Assembly: GCF_964204645.1 (NCBI RefSeq)
Contig: NC_134032.1
Span: 10,900,275 to 10,964,274, forward strand
Origin: Tubulanus polymorphus
Taxonomy: Eukaryota > Animalia > Nemertea
Reading direction: 5' to 3'
Length of the DNA stretch: 64,000 nucleotides
Part shown: positions 47,601-61,627 of the stretch, in pieces
Position numbering within the stretch: position 1 is the stretch's first letter
How the letters are laid out: each line of letters opens with the position of its first letter
Made by a program: the position numbers and the translations under genes
Notes under the pieces: model-generated
Database searches by the model: none
Told to the model about the DNA's origin: nothing
What the model saw: only the letters and a program-made list of their open reading frames with translations

Positions 47601-50600
47601 CATCGCACATCAATTCCGGGTTCGATCCCCGAACTTATGTATTCCTCGTCAACCATAGATTCAAACCGGGTTCAAACCCCGGACTACTGGTCTACTTGTT
47701 AACTAAACGATATAAAATAATACCGGGTTCAAACCCCGGACTACTGGACTACTGGTTAACTAAACGATAAACAATAATACCGGGTTCAAACCCCGGACTA
47801 CTGCACTACTGGTTAACTAAACGATTTAAAATAATACCGGGTTCAAACCCCGTACTAATGTTTTACCGGTTAATTTGAAAATATAGATGACCCGGTCCAT
47901 ACCCAGGACCAATGTTTTACTGGTTAACTAAACGTCATAAAATGATACCGGGTTCAAACCCCGGACTACTGAATAGCTCAACAATAGATTCATACTGGGT
48001 TCGAACCCCGGGCAGCACTAGCTAGGAAGAGCAATCGGTAAGGATGAGCTGAATGTCTGAAGTAAAAAGTCTACCATCAAAACTTGTGAATGAAACGTCC
48101 TGTATAGGATTGTGAATAACTCCTCTCCAAATACAGAATTGGAAAAAAATATTTGGAGATTGATTTTAGATATTTCAATTAAATTAGAATTTTTGATTTG
48201 GTATTTTTCTGTACAACTAACAAGGACGAACTCTAACCTCAGCCCTGCGCCGAAATACGTATTCAAACCGGGATATTCCGACCGTGCATGAGCTCTTTCA
48301 GAAATACAGTCAATGTATCAGCGCCAAAGTACTCTTTATTTACTCTTTATATAGAAAAGTGCAGACACGATAATCTCGTTCTGTTCAGTGATTTTGAATA
48401 TGCATCTTAACACGTTCACACGGTGCCGAAAGTTGATTCAAAATATATGAGTTTAAAAATTCTCAAAATTCGCTTCATGTGTTTTGAACTAATTTTTCGA
48501 TTTAGCTCAAATCATGTATCGGAATGTACTCAAAGTATTCCGCAATTTTGAAAACATCTCAAATTTTTCGCCTATATTCATATACCAAAAATAATCTACG
48601 CAGGTCTTATCACATACACACAAAGATACATGAAAATGCGTGTACCTTTAAGCAAGCATCAAATGAATTTTGAAATCACGAAATATCTGAAGTCAGCCAA
48701 ATACGCAATCTACTTAACATGAAAAATACGAGACAAATTTCTTCCATCGAGACACGTCGAATCGGTTTTATCTATAGACATTTAAATCAGGTATATTTGA
48801 TAGTTTCCATCGGAAAGAAGAACTCATTGACTGCTATCTTAGTCAAAACAGTAGAAAAAATCCTGTATGCTTTGGTTGTTGATTTATCAAATAGTGGACC
48901 TCGGAGCCCTGGCATCTGCCAGTTTGTGATAGAAAATGCATCAGTTCTTCCAGAAACTTTGCTGTTAGTTTGGGACGATTCGAACTCTTGTTGGATTTGC
49001 AAAAAATTGACTGTTGGTTTGACGAAAAAGAAGTGTGGAAATCGGTACAGAAAAGTCGGTAACAGTAACAATGGGATATTTACAGAAACAACAGCCACGA
49101 GGCGGGAGACGGGGAAGCAAAATGGAGGGATTAGTCAGCAGAAATGTAGCTATGAGTTTGACAACACAAACCATGGCGCATTCTCAAAAATCGACTGTCA
49201 ATTTGAGGCGATGGAAATATGAAAATCTGCTAAAACTATCACTCAGTAACCGGACAGCGGTTTTGTCTCACAATCGGATATCAACACGAACCATAGGCCA
49301 GGAAGAGGGAATGAGGGGATGACAGATGGGAGGGCATGGGCAGTGGGGAGGATTGTGGTTTAGCTTGAACACAAACCAAGGGTAGGGAGGAGGGGAGGTT
49401 GATAAAAATCAGGGGTATAGTTAACAGGACTGGGTTTAGATTTACACCAACTACGAAGAGAACGGGTGAAAGAAGGGAGGGGGAAGACAGCGATGGGGGA
49501 GGGAGAAGTCCTGAATGAGTTGTCAGAAAGAGGGCTCATAGACAGTAAGATCATTGCATAACTGTGACCAGTATGGTTTCACGATATCCGAAAACTAACT
49601 TTTAAATACTATGAATTATGTAAATATGAATTTAAGTTTGAGTCAAATTGTAAAACCGTCAAAAATAGAAGGAATGCACCTCACCACAATATCAAACGAG
49701 CTGAAATTCACTTGTTTGCCGTCTTTCTTCTATCGGCCATAATATTCGCCATCATCATCATCTCAACGCTTGTGGTTACTGTTTGCATCCTTAAGATATG
49801 AGTTAGTTTCAGCTAGACGTGCCTTAATTCAAACTGTTTAGTTCTGGTGAATCCGGTTTGCGATAAGGAAAGGTGGTCAATATGGCCACCCGCAGTAGTG
49901 TAGTGTATACGGACTACAAATGTAAATCGAGAGCGACGACGGTCACTTTGAATACGAATTCACCGTCTGCTGAACAATATTCAACCTTGACCACAACGTC
50001 GTATACGACTTACGACCCGATCCGATCGTTGGGTCGGAGGGAAGCGAGTCTGCGTCAGACTCGATTTTTTAATCGGGAACATTTTCGACAGAGTTTACTT
50101 TCCGACCACAAGGATAGAATAAGTTTTATTTTCTACGACCCGATCAGATCGTCGTAGCCAATCAGCGACGGGTTTTGCATCACATGTCTTTAAGACTCGG
50201 CGATGATCGAGTCGTATTTATGTCGACCCGAGTGCTCCTAGGATCGTGAGACAAATGAATCGGCAATCAGTGGTCATAATTGCTATTATCAGCCTATATT
50301 CAGATATTTCATAATTTTTCTTTAAAATACTAGATAAACTTTTTGTACATATCCCTCTTAAAGGCATCTTTAGGAGGGATGTGCGAAAATGATTATGATT
50401 ATTATTTCAATATCTACTAATTATCAGCGCTAAGCTAATCAAAGTTACTTTTTAAGACCTTGCCGGCTCTGCAGTTCACCGATGTCGCTTGTACCTCGCA
50501 ACTGGTTGACCTTGGAGTGATAACTGAAGGTTAACTCACTTGAGCGGCAATCCTTTTTCGTCTGGATGGAATGCAATATAAGCTTTATACACTTAGCTTT

Positions 50601-52116
50601 ATACACTTTAGTTACATAACATCGCAACACACGTCAACCACGTATCCGACGCAGCTGGCACTTCTGTCGAGTGCGCTTGTTCAAATTGCCGTTCTACAGT
50701 AACGTGAGCAATTCCAGTCGATAAATTCAACAAGCTGTAAAAATTGGGAATTGAAATTTGACCAAACTAATTCTTTTAACTCCAGCGTCCATCCTATCAA
50801 ACCAGAATGGTGGACCTAGGCCTTGAGTTACATACAATTATTGGGAACCGCAAGAATCCACCACCATCGTCCAAGATAATAATGCATTTCAAATTTCAAC
50901 TTTCGAACTAGATTTTTTGCTTCTGAATCCAAAGGTTATCACTTGAACCACCAAATATTGATTCCAATGATAGTTTTCTTCAAGATGATTTGCTTTCAAA
51001 AGAAATATAAATAATATTTACAGGTATATAAGGGGCGGATACACGGGCTAATTTTGAAGAACTCGTCACATCCTAAAAGGGCTCATTGATGATGTCCATT
51101 ATTAGGCAATATTAGGCGTACTCCCGAACAAAAATACACCAATTTTCATCGTTGACAAGATGAAAAAGGGCACGTGGAAGACCTACAAGCAGATCTGGTG
51201 GATCCTCTTTTGGAATCTTCGATTGCCGCAGTAGCACACATCAACTCGCGCTTCGATGAACGAACGTAGGTGTATCACGGATCGAAAATTGAAATTCAAC
51301 ATCCGTATAGTAAGAGGAACCAAGATCGTTACCGTCCAGTGAGCACGCGCAGAACGCAACTACCGGCGTATATTTCAAACTGTAAACGTCACCAACCCTA
51401 GCCCTCCAAACCAAAGGAAAATCACTAATCCCAGAAGAAGGGAAATCTTTCAGCGAGTAAATTCGATTTCAGTTATCATTTTTGTAAGTGATTTGTCCAA
51501 TCGTAAAAGAAAATGGTTTGTTTAGGCCTATATAGTTCGTGTTTTATGCCCAGGCCATACACAGGGAGACACAACCCTGAAAAAAGAAACAGAAAGTATT
51601 TCGTGTGTGATGCTCCGAAACAAGAAAAGTCGAAACAACCCAAAAAAGCGTTTCTGTTTTATGTTACGGGTGAACCGTCTTACTGCGGTTTAGAGAAAGA
51701 GGTTTGTGAGAAAATATTATGAAAAAATATTTTTCAAAATATATTTTAAAAATATTCATATAAATTATAGATATGACGGGGAAGAAATTAAAAACCACAT
51801 CGAGTTATCGATAACCAATATAAAAACGACCGGCAGCTATTCGTTCGGTATAAATAACACCACATTTCCCCGGTCCAGACATCAACTATTGTTTCAGTAA
51901 CCAACACTGTATTCGTGCTGTAATTTAAAGGTAAGTTGCGTAAACCTCATCATGATTTTGTTCGTCTTCTATGAAACTGCGAATTATCTACGTCTGCTGG
52001 TCTGTGATTAGTTAAGTCACAAGCGGGCGGTCGAAGTGTTCACGCCATTTTCTTCTGAAAGGTATTTCATTCAATTTATTTCTATTAATTTCAATTTCAC
52101 GTTCAGCTGAAAGAAA

Positions 52117-54318
52117 ATGACTGCAATCTTCTACGGGATGCTATTGGGAGTCGCGTTCGTGTTGGCGCCGGTGGTAGCAATGGCGGAACCTCCCGTCTTG
52201 TCGGACTCAAAACCAAGTAAAACGTGTTTATTTTTAAAAGCAGTGTTAGCGTCTATAATTTTCGGTGATGGTAAAACAAACGGCACCAAACATATATAAA
52301 TTTATGTACACAAAGTCCAACAAAGCATTCAGTGTTATAAATACTTTTTGAATTTTTTTATTATTGAATTATTATTATTATTTCAAAAGGGAAAAAATTA
52401 ATAATTTACCAACCTATACATGCTTTTTTCAGGCACAGTATATATTAGTAGCCTATCCGGTGACAGCTAGAATCTATGAATATAGCGCTAATCTATTGAA
52501 TTCGTCAAATCCCAGAGAAGTCATGATTTTTCCAATTTTTAGTGTGTTTGATAAAGAACGATGTTGTTCTCGTGCTGGACCAGAGTGGAAGTTTGAAAAA
52601 CGGAATAAATGGACAAGGACCAGACAACATACCGACTGTCAGGAAAGCAACGGAAGACATCGTCAGGGGCTTGCCGCTTCCTAAAGCTAAAGGCGATTCC
52701 GCAATTTACGAGGTAACAATAAAATGTTGAAAGCACATCGCACATGTACAGGAAAACACTGAAACAGGAGACATGAACATGTTTCCCTATGTCATCACGA
52801 GAGCCGAGAAATATGGTTTTGAGAACATTTTGTTTCCGAGATCAAACATGTTTGTTTCCGTGTTTCTGTATTTTCCTGCGTCGTGTGCGATTGGCTTGAA
52901 GCTTATGGAAGGCTTACCGGTCTACCGGTCAACCATTGGTTTAGGATTAAAAATACGAATTAAGCGAAAGTAACTAAACAAAAAATCTCTGAGTTTAACT
53001 TAACTTGACCAATCTGAATACTTTATGAATAATTCTGAATAAATATAAGCTTTAACTGGTAATTCATTTTAGATTTTTTTTCTAAATCATCTTTTAGGTA
53101 GAAGTGTATAGGTGGTCATATCTATACGGTATTTCCATATCAATAATGTACTAAATTGTTTTTTGTTCAGGTCGGGGTGTACATGTTTTCGGGAGCTGAT
53201 GAACAGCTCATAGTTCAACAAATGACCGAGTTGCAAACGACGCAAGACGTTGATAATATCGTGACTAAAATCGATAATGCAAAAATTAACCACGGCCAGA
53301 CACATACAGATACAGCGCTGAAGAATGTCCGAGAACAGGTAGATAAATATTATAGTCTCAGAAAATACCACCTGTAACCACATCCCAATCCAGCGATAAA
53401 GTACAACATCTGTTATGAGTTATGGACTCGCAAGTAATCGAGATCCGTTGGATGCGGAGTCTCAGAATTAGTTAATTTTACGAATCTTTCCAAAAACGGA
53501 CCATTTCAACTCAATAAAAACTGGGATCTAAATAAAAGTCAACTTGCTGAATATCTCGGCGATCATCACTCACTATGTTCTTCCATCATACTTTTAAAAT
53601 TGAATAAACAAATTAGTTATTGTCACATGATTTGGCATCGTCGCATGCCAGGGTTTGGTTGCCTTTGCACTATTGGTGATGCAACCAAATCCATCCTGGT
53701 AGTACTTGTCGAGAGAGATGCGTAAGAATCTTGACCATCATGTGCTGCTCCCGAATGGTGAATATGAGAACTAATTCACTTCTCACATGTCGCAGTAAGA
53801 AAATCGAAAATCTTCACTATCACGTGCTGCCCCTATATAAACCATTGGCGGTGAATGCATGAACTAATCGAGTACTCGCATGCCACTGTAAGAATATTGA
53901 TCTGTGTAGAATTCTGCCCATTGAATCTGTGTATTTTCCCTAGAAATTCCCCCAAATCATCATACAATATTTCATTCACTTTCAGATGTTGCCGAACAGT
54001 CGCCCAGACGTGAACAACACGGTCGTATTGATCACAGACGGCGAAATTTACAAAGGGAACGAGTTCATTAATATCGCAGAAGGCTTGTTGCTCGAGCAGG
54101 CGGATAAACTACGAAGCCCCAACACCCGCATCATCGGGGTCGGGGTCGGAGCAAAACTGCCGGAATTCAGAGAGCAGTTGAAGAAAGTGGTCAGTCGTCC
54201 GGTGAGCGAAAACTACTTCGAAATAAAAGATTGGGAAAACGTCAAGAATTATATGGGGGAAGCGATCACGGCCACTTTGATATGCCCCCCGCCGTGCCGA
54301 ATGAAATCATACAAATGA
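52117..54318 (+). CDS. Secreted single-VWA protein, paralogue B, copy 2, 256 aa; coding exons 52117-52216, 52543-52712, 53171-53338, 53986-54318
   Basis: Intact splice sites and frame. Three aa differences from copy 1 seen (A/V, D/N, G/S). Confidence 0.92.
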
Positions 54319-56096
54319 ATCCTTTATCTGTTCATCTATATTCAGTCGTATTCCGATGAAACGTCATATGAAATCAAACAATAAACGTAAACATTTACAA
54401 AAAAATCACTTTGTTATGGTTATCTCGTCTGGAGTTCATATCATATTCGCCCCTGAAATATTACGGCAGAACGTGGCAGTCAAGGTCAAACGAAGCTCAA
54501 TATTCTTACTCAACTTCATCTCAATTTAGATTAATTTCATAAGGAAGCATGTTTTAGGAATATTAAGTAACAGAACAAAAAATGAAAATTGAGAAGGCTT
54601 TCACATGAGGGCCAAGCAAAGGCCGCTACAGCCAGCACCCAAGGAAAAACAAAAAGATAGAAAAGAAGAGAAGAGAGAAAGGACAATAAAAAAAGAATGA
54701 GGCCGAGTTAAGCGTGAGAGAGCCGTTTTGTTACAATATCATTGATCACTTGAGTCAAATTAACTTAGGGTCATTGCGGACAACCTTCGCGCTCGTATCG
54801 AGCTGAAATCTAAGATGATATTTTTCTTACAGAGTACTTTTTTCAAGCTAGTTACTTTTTCTCAATTTCGACAAATCAAGGTATCTTAAAGGATGAAGGA
54901 ATGGGATCGATGGTATACGTTCATGAGAATTTAGTTACATAGTGAATATTCAGTAAAGATCGGTAATGTACTGTGCAGGAGAAATTTAAAAAAACCGTTC
55001 AACTGCTGGAAAAGGGTAAAATTGTCATACCACAGCGGAAATTGCACCAAAATAAACAACCTAACTTTTCCCGTAATTAAGTATGTTCCTGGAAAAAATC
55101 CCATTCATATCAATGAATTATAATCAATGAAAAGCTTTGTTATCAACTTTCACTGAAAATATTACAAAAAAAAACTCATTCGATAAAATCAGACATCATT
55201 TACCAAATCAAGAGGCCCCGCACATTAACAACGAGATGAAATGTTATTTGCACGGTGCGAAAAAATTGCTTATCGTTTAAATGAAAATCGCAACCCCCGA
55301 CCTGACTCTAAATGCAACTTCACCATACCTACTAGAGACAAATTTGGGCGAAATAAACGAAACCCTAATGTCACGTGTTAGCATCAACGCATTCTCCCTC
55401 GATAGGGATTCGTACCTGGTGGCACCGCTTATAGGGCGAACTTCGGTTATCGGAGTTAGTCGACTATAGTCGAACTAAACGAAACCAAATGTCCGTTAGT
55501 CGGAACTATCGTCCGGATATGGTCGACCACGGGATTGGGCACGGTCGCTGTAGTTCCGACCCATTTCCATGGCCGAAAGTGTGAAATTTTACGTTGCGAC
55601 CGAACTATGGTTACCGAGCGTTCGGATATTAGTTCCGACCACTAGTCGACTAGCTACGAAAACCGAAGTTGGCCCTATTGCAGTGGCAGCCCCGATGTCA
55701 TCAGGGTCCTCTTATTATGTTTATTTGATTGGTTGATTTGGTGTGATTTGATTTTGTGTCCCTTACAAATCGATCACGCCTTCCGGGAACGAAACAGGGG
55801 GTTCGATTTTGAAATCGGAAATAAGAGTATAGCCACTGAGACAGCATTTCGAGCAAGACGGTGAAATAATTGGAGGTGTTTCATACAGATCAATCAAATG
55901 ACTTGTTTAAATCTATTCACAAGCAACATGTATAGTAACGAACCACACGCAAAGTAAGTACTGAAGATTATCATAAATCTACGGTTGTTCTGGATACGAT
56001 ATGTATTACAAATGTTTTATATCGTGTTCGACTAAATACGTATTTTCTCAAGAGGCATCTACTTCAATCAGCGCACAATTTGACTCCGGCGTCTGC

Positions 56097-57113
56097 TCAT
56101 TTCCTTCGCGGGCAACCTTTGAACGCAAGCGATCGGAACTTTTTACTAGACAAACAGTAAACAACGAAATTGACGGAGGAATCAAGTTGAACAAACAGAG
56201 AGGCCACAAAGTAGAAATTAAGATTTGGGATAAAACCTTTGAACTTGAAAAAGTGAATTAGTAACTTGTGTAAAGCCATTGGCATTTCGAGTAAAGCAAA
56301 AGTTGTTACAACTGAAATCGCTAGTATAACAGGTTGATTATCACTGATTTTATGAGTGCTCATTTCGGAGCGTCTTTTAGACGCTATATACAGAGAAAAT
56401 ATTAGAATTACATTTGCAAGAGCTATTCCAAAAAATGGTGCAAATACTCCCGATATGTGTATCACGTTAACCGTCTTTTTAATTCGGAGAGGGCGATTTA
56501 CTGCTGTCCAAAGATTTCCTCCAAACGGGCAAAGAACGCTAACCATTGCAACATCTCTAGTAAAATATTGCCAGACTTGAGAAGCGACACTCAAAATAAC
56601 GATCAATAATAAACAAATGTTACACGTCGATTTAGTGCAGATAATCCTAGATTTTAATGGAAAGAACACGACAATTAATCGTTCTAAACTGATCAACATT
56701 GTCAGTAGATTCCTAATCATTTTAGAAATTTCTTGCACCAGGTTTGTGTGGCGGAGGAGAAATGGACCGATGAAATCGGTGTGTTCTAAGTAATAGACGT
56801 TCCGGCCGTACGTAAGCATGCCATCGGCATATCTTCCAGACTTTGCAATAGCCGTACCCAATAGAAACATATTATCCGCTATCGTTAGCAGACGTAAAAT
56901 GTAATACGTGGTTATTGCACTTTTAAAACGAAAGAGAACGAAATGTGTGTAAATATTAAGGAAGAATCCCGTAGTCCACACTACAGGTGAACAGTAAACG
57001 AGCACAATTATTCTGTTGGCGATTTCCTTACTGAATGGACAATCTTTTTCAACCGTAGCATTTGTCCATGATGCATTTCCGCCGTCACTAATCGTCGGTG
57101 TTTCCAGCAACAT
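56097..57113 (-). CDS. Class A GPCR paralogue A, copy 2, 338 aa
   Basis: One aa difference from 27006-28022 (FKSVITT vs FKSAITT). Confidence 0.93.
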   Translation of the reverse strand: MLLETPTISDGGNASWTNATVEKDCPFSKEIANRIIVLVYCSPVVWTTGFFLNIYTHFVLFRFKSAITTYYILRLLTIADNMFLLGTAIAKSGRYADGMLTYGRNVYYLEHTDFIGPFLLRHTNLVQEISKMIRNLLTMLISLERLIVVFFPLKSRIICTKSTCNICLLLIVILSVASQVWQYFTRDVAMVSVLCPFGGNLWTAVNRPLRIKKTVNVIHISGVFAPFFGIALANVILIFSLYIASKRRSEMSTHKISDNQPVILAISVVTTFALLEMPMALHKLLIHFFKFKGFIPNLNFYFVASLFVQLDSSVNFVVYCLSSKKFRSLAFKGCPRRK

Positions 57114-57817
57114 ACCGAGCGAGAAAACCTATACGTAACGAGTCCGCGTCTAATTTACTTTCTATACAAATCATAAAATAATCACCGAATGGCTGCGCAC
57201 ACGTCTTTAACTCTTAGAAAGCAAGGTTAATCGTACCTAATTTGCATCGCTTCCTCGACACAGCGCATTCATTCAAAGCAACTTGTTCATTCATCTTTTC
57301 AGACTTATATCGCCGTTTATAATTTTGTTGAAGCGCGTCTGACATAAATCAAATATATACATATTTATAATCTGACATCGACCGCAGTCAAAATGTTACT
57401 GTCTATCAACGTTGTGACATCGACTAATACCTCCAAATATCATTAGCAGATTTAAAATTCCCTTTACCCAGCCGAGCTGGAAGTGACTGGTTCGCGGCGC
57501 TCCGTAACCGCGTGTAGGCCTGCTGAGAGTTTGCGCCAAACGGGCTGACGAAAGCGATATACCGCTGGCACTAAGGTTCCTAATGAAGTATTCCCCCAGA
57601 AGGACATTTAATAGATGCATTTCGTTTTATTACTTTATTAATTTGTATTTTGGTTTTATAAGGACTGTGTATGCTAAACCAAAGACTATGTAGAGGAAAA
57701 GCAATTCTTTTGGTTCGTGCATTCATTTCTGCTTGGAGTAATCGGTCTGATTACGTAAAGATGTCAATTGTTATATGATAGGCCATGCAAATCTTTCATA
57801 TCAATCGTTTATATTTA

Positions 57818-58868
57818 TCAGTCCGCAATTTGACTCCGGAATCTTTTAATTTTTCGTCGCGGGCAACCTTTGAATGCGAGTAATCTGAATCTCTTACTAG
57901 ACAAACTGTAAACAATAAAATTGACTGAGGAATCAAGCTGAACAAACAGAGACGCTACAACGTAGAAATTAAGATTTGGGATAAAACCTCTGAACTTGAA
58001 AAAGTGAATCAGTAACTTGTGCAAGGCCATTGGCATTTCGAGTAAAGCAAACGTTGTTACAATAGAAATCGCTAGTAAAACAGCTTGATTATCATTAATT
58101 TTTTGAGTGCTCATTTCGGTGCGTCTTTTAGACGCTATATACAAAGAAAATACTAGAATTATATTTGCAAGAGCTATTCCGAAAAATGTTACAAATACGC
58201 CTAATAAGTGCGTCAGGTGCGTTAATTATCTTAACTATTCGGAGAGGGCGGCGTACCAAAACCCAAAGATCTCCTCTAAATGGGCAAAAAACCCTAATCT
58301 TTGTGATGTCTCTAGTGAAATACTGCCAGCCTTGAGAAGTCACACTCAAAATAACTATCAGTGATAAACAAATGTTACACGTCGATTTAGTACAGATAAT
58401 CCTAGATTTTAATGGAAAGAACACGACAATTAATCGTTCTAAACTGATCAACATTATAAGCAGATTCCTTATCATTTTCGAAATTTCTTGCACCAGGTTT
58501 GTGTGACGGGCTAGAAATGGACCAAGGAAACTGACGTTATCTAAGTAATAGATTTCTTGGCCGTACGTAAGCATGCTGTGGAAATATCTTCCAGACTTTG
58601 AAACAGCTGTACCCAATAGAAACATATTATCCGCTATCGTTAGCAGACGTAAAATGTAATACGTGGTTATTACACTTTTGAAACGAAAGAGAACGAAATA
58701 CGTGTAAATATTAAGTACAAATCCCGTAGTCCACACGACAGGTGAACAGTAAAGGAGCACAATTATTCTGTTGGCGATTTCTTTATTGAACGGACAATCT
58801 TTTCCAACTGTAGCGTTTAGCCATGACGCATTTCCGCCGTCACTAATCGTCGGTGTTTTCAGCAACAT
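57818..58868 (-). pseudogene. GPCR paralogue B, copy 2; 4-nt insertion at ~58217-58221 frameshifts at the ECL2/TM5 boundary
   Basis: GCGTCAGGTGCGTTAATT vs GCGTCAGGTTAATT in copy 1. Span is 1051 = 1047+4. The ORF track splits into 58128-59036 and 57818-58144. Confidence 0.85.
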
Positions 58869-59852
58869 ACCGAACGAGAGTCCGCGTCTGATATACTTTC
58901 GACGATTAATGAAATAATCAGTGAATGGTCGCACACACGTTCTCACTAGTAGAATCCCGGAAAAAAGGTTAATCCTATCTAATTTACATCGCTTCCTCGA
59001 CACAGCGCAATCGTTTGAAGCAACATTTTCATTCATCTATTAATTCGTATACCATAATCTGTATGTCTGATATAATTCAAATATAGACATATTTATATTC
59101 TGACGTAGACCGCAGTCAGAATGTTTCTATTTATCAACGTACGACGTTTGTACTAATATCGATGAATTGTAACTTTCAGATATTAGCAGATTCAATATTC
59201 CTTTTACAGTCCAGAGCTTAAGGTTGCGCTCAGTATACTGCGTGTAGACCTACTGAGAGCTCGCGTCAAAACATGTGTCGCAATATGTACCACTGGCACT
59301 CAGATTCATTGAAGACTCAGAACGACGAAGAATCGTTGACATTCAAAAGCGACAAACAGGTATCGACCCAATACATGATGATGGCACTAGTGACTTCAAC
59401 GATCTCATCATAAAGTTGTATACCACTATTACTTCATAACCATACAATGCACCTACATACAAATTTGTATTGTATACAAATTTTTCTCTATTAGGCAATA
59501 GGATAGGCTCGTATGCTGGGCTGCTGCATCTTCGTGGGAAAACATATTCTAAATTTTTTCAGACAATTCATCATATTCAAAGAAAATGAATTCACTCGGC
59601 AACGTGCAGCTTTAATGACAGTGTATACACATTTCGCTACAACAAGTTGGTTGCCTTTCAAATTCTGCGCACCTGCATTCGCAATCAGAATACTAACTTT
59701 TCTTATATTTCAAACTAGTTCTCAACAAAGCTTTATATAATTTACTTTTTGATAGAATTTCAGGCACTAGTAAAATGGGTCTACTTTGTGTCAACGAAAG
59801 ATATTAAACATAGCCGCAAAGCAGCGATATCGGGTTTTCTGACTTGAAATGA

Positions 59853-60530
59853 AAGCCGCATACCGGGGTATGAATCATTGAAACTTTCGCAACCCGGGTA
59901 AAAATACTTGAAACCCTCGCATACCGGGAAAAATCTTTGAAACCCTCGCATACCGGGATAAGAATCATTGAAACCCTCGCATACTGGGGTAAGAATCATT
60001 GAAACCCTCGCATACCGGGGTAAGAATCATTGAAACTTCGGCAAACCGGGTAAAAATCATTGAAACCCTCGCATACCGGGGTAAAAATCTTTGAAACCCT
60101 CGCATACCGGGGTAAAAATCTTTGAAACCCTCGCATATCGGGGTAAGAATCATTGAAACCCTCGCATACCGGGGTAAGAATCATTGAAACCCTCGCATAC
60201 CGGGGTAAAAATCTTTGAAACCCTCGCATACCGGGGTAAAAATCTTTGAAACCCTCGCATATCGGGGTAAGAATCATTGAAACCCTCGCATACCGGGGTA
60301 AGAATCATTGAAACCCTCGCATACCGGGGTAAAAATCTTTGAAACCCTCGCATACCGGGGCAGGAATCATTGAAACCCTCGCATACCGGGGTAAGAATCA
60401 TTGAAACCCTCGCATACCGGGGTAAGAATAATTGAAAGACACGCATACCGGGGTATGAATCATTGAAACCCACGCATACCGGGGTAAGAATCATTGAAAC
60501 CCTCGCATACCGGGGTAAGAATCATTGAAA
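59853..60530 (+). repeat. 31-bp minisatellite, copy 2, ~22 units
   Basis: Same unit as 30767-31290 but ~155 bp longer. Confidence 0.95.
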
Positions 60531-61627
60531 TGTAAGAGAATCGGGTTTATACATTTCAAGGGCCAGCTTCACAAAAACGGCTCATTTGCGAGCTGAACCG
60601 AGGGTTGGTCAATAATGCGAGCGTTTCAATCAGTTTTTAGAAGCCTGCAGTTTCATAGAATGAGTTTAGAATATTTAATCCCAGGGATCAGTTCACAGTG
60701 ATGGCTTTAGGTTTGAGACCAGTCCAAGACCAGTTTCGCTCTATATACTGGTCTTAAGTTGTTAGATTGGTTATCTAACAACTCGAGACCGGTCTAAGCC
60801 CATTTCGGACAACATTGTGCAACTGTCCCCTTGGATCCGATTCACAAATATGATACATGAATTGTTTTTGTCAAACTCCACCCTCGGCTTAGTTTAATTT
60901 CATAAAACTTTACTCCAATCAATTTCTTAATCGTGCCGTTGATAATTTTTTATGAAACTGAACCCTTGGTATGTGATTTATATAGGTTTATCATGTGTGA
61001 CGCCGAGTCTATGAAACTGCTGGCGTCTGTAATCACAACTAAAACAACAGAGAAAACATATATTTATTTCAAATAAAACCATACAACAGTTCATACAAAA
61101 TCAAGTCCAAGTCCCATGATAAAGAATCCTGTTGATGTATCAGCTATTAGATTTTTGATCGTGGGGCACGTCTTGGCACATCGTACAAAATAGATCAATT
61201 TACATTATTAATCATTAAGCAAATTAATTCAAGTTCACCCGGAACAAAACAGTTGAACCGGGTCCTGGGATGCAAACAATTACAAACATAATGCTATTAC
61301 ATGGAGCGCGTTAAGTATCCAACGCCCTTGATCCATCTCAGAAAGGCCATCATTAATCCTCAATTCAATTTTCAGTGGCAATCAAAATGAGATTGAAACC
61401 CACTATATATAAATCTAATTAAAATCAAAAGACGTTTCGGAGTCTCTCTAGAGACCATCGTGAAGAAATAACTAGAACACAGGGAAAATATAGAGGAAAG
61501 AACATGTTAATTGAGAAGTAGAGAAAGTAGGTTATTTTGTGCTTATAGGTTGAGAGGTTTTGTTATTTTGTGCGTAGGTTGTTCTAGTTATTTCTTCATT
61601 CACTCCATCTATCTCTTGATTTTGAAG

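Larger units (their letters stand above)
32387..61627 (+). repeat. Tandem segmental duplication unit, copy 2 (29,241 bp; lacks the equivalent of copy-1 segment 8289-11861)
   Basis: Collinear near-identity to 1-32386. The junction ATTAGATT|GGAATCCTCG at ~40595 joins the equivalents of 8288 and 11862. Confidence 0.97.

Noticed and set aside
58869-59036. 56-aa N-terminal extension of GPCR-B (MNENVASND...)
   Set aside because: The equivalent region upstream of GPCR-A is not an in-frame extension; the shared MLL(E/K)TP ATG is the likelier start.
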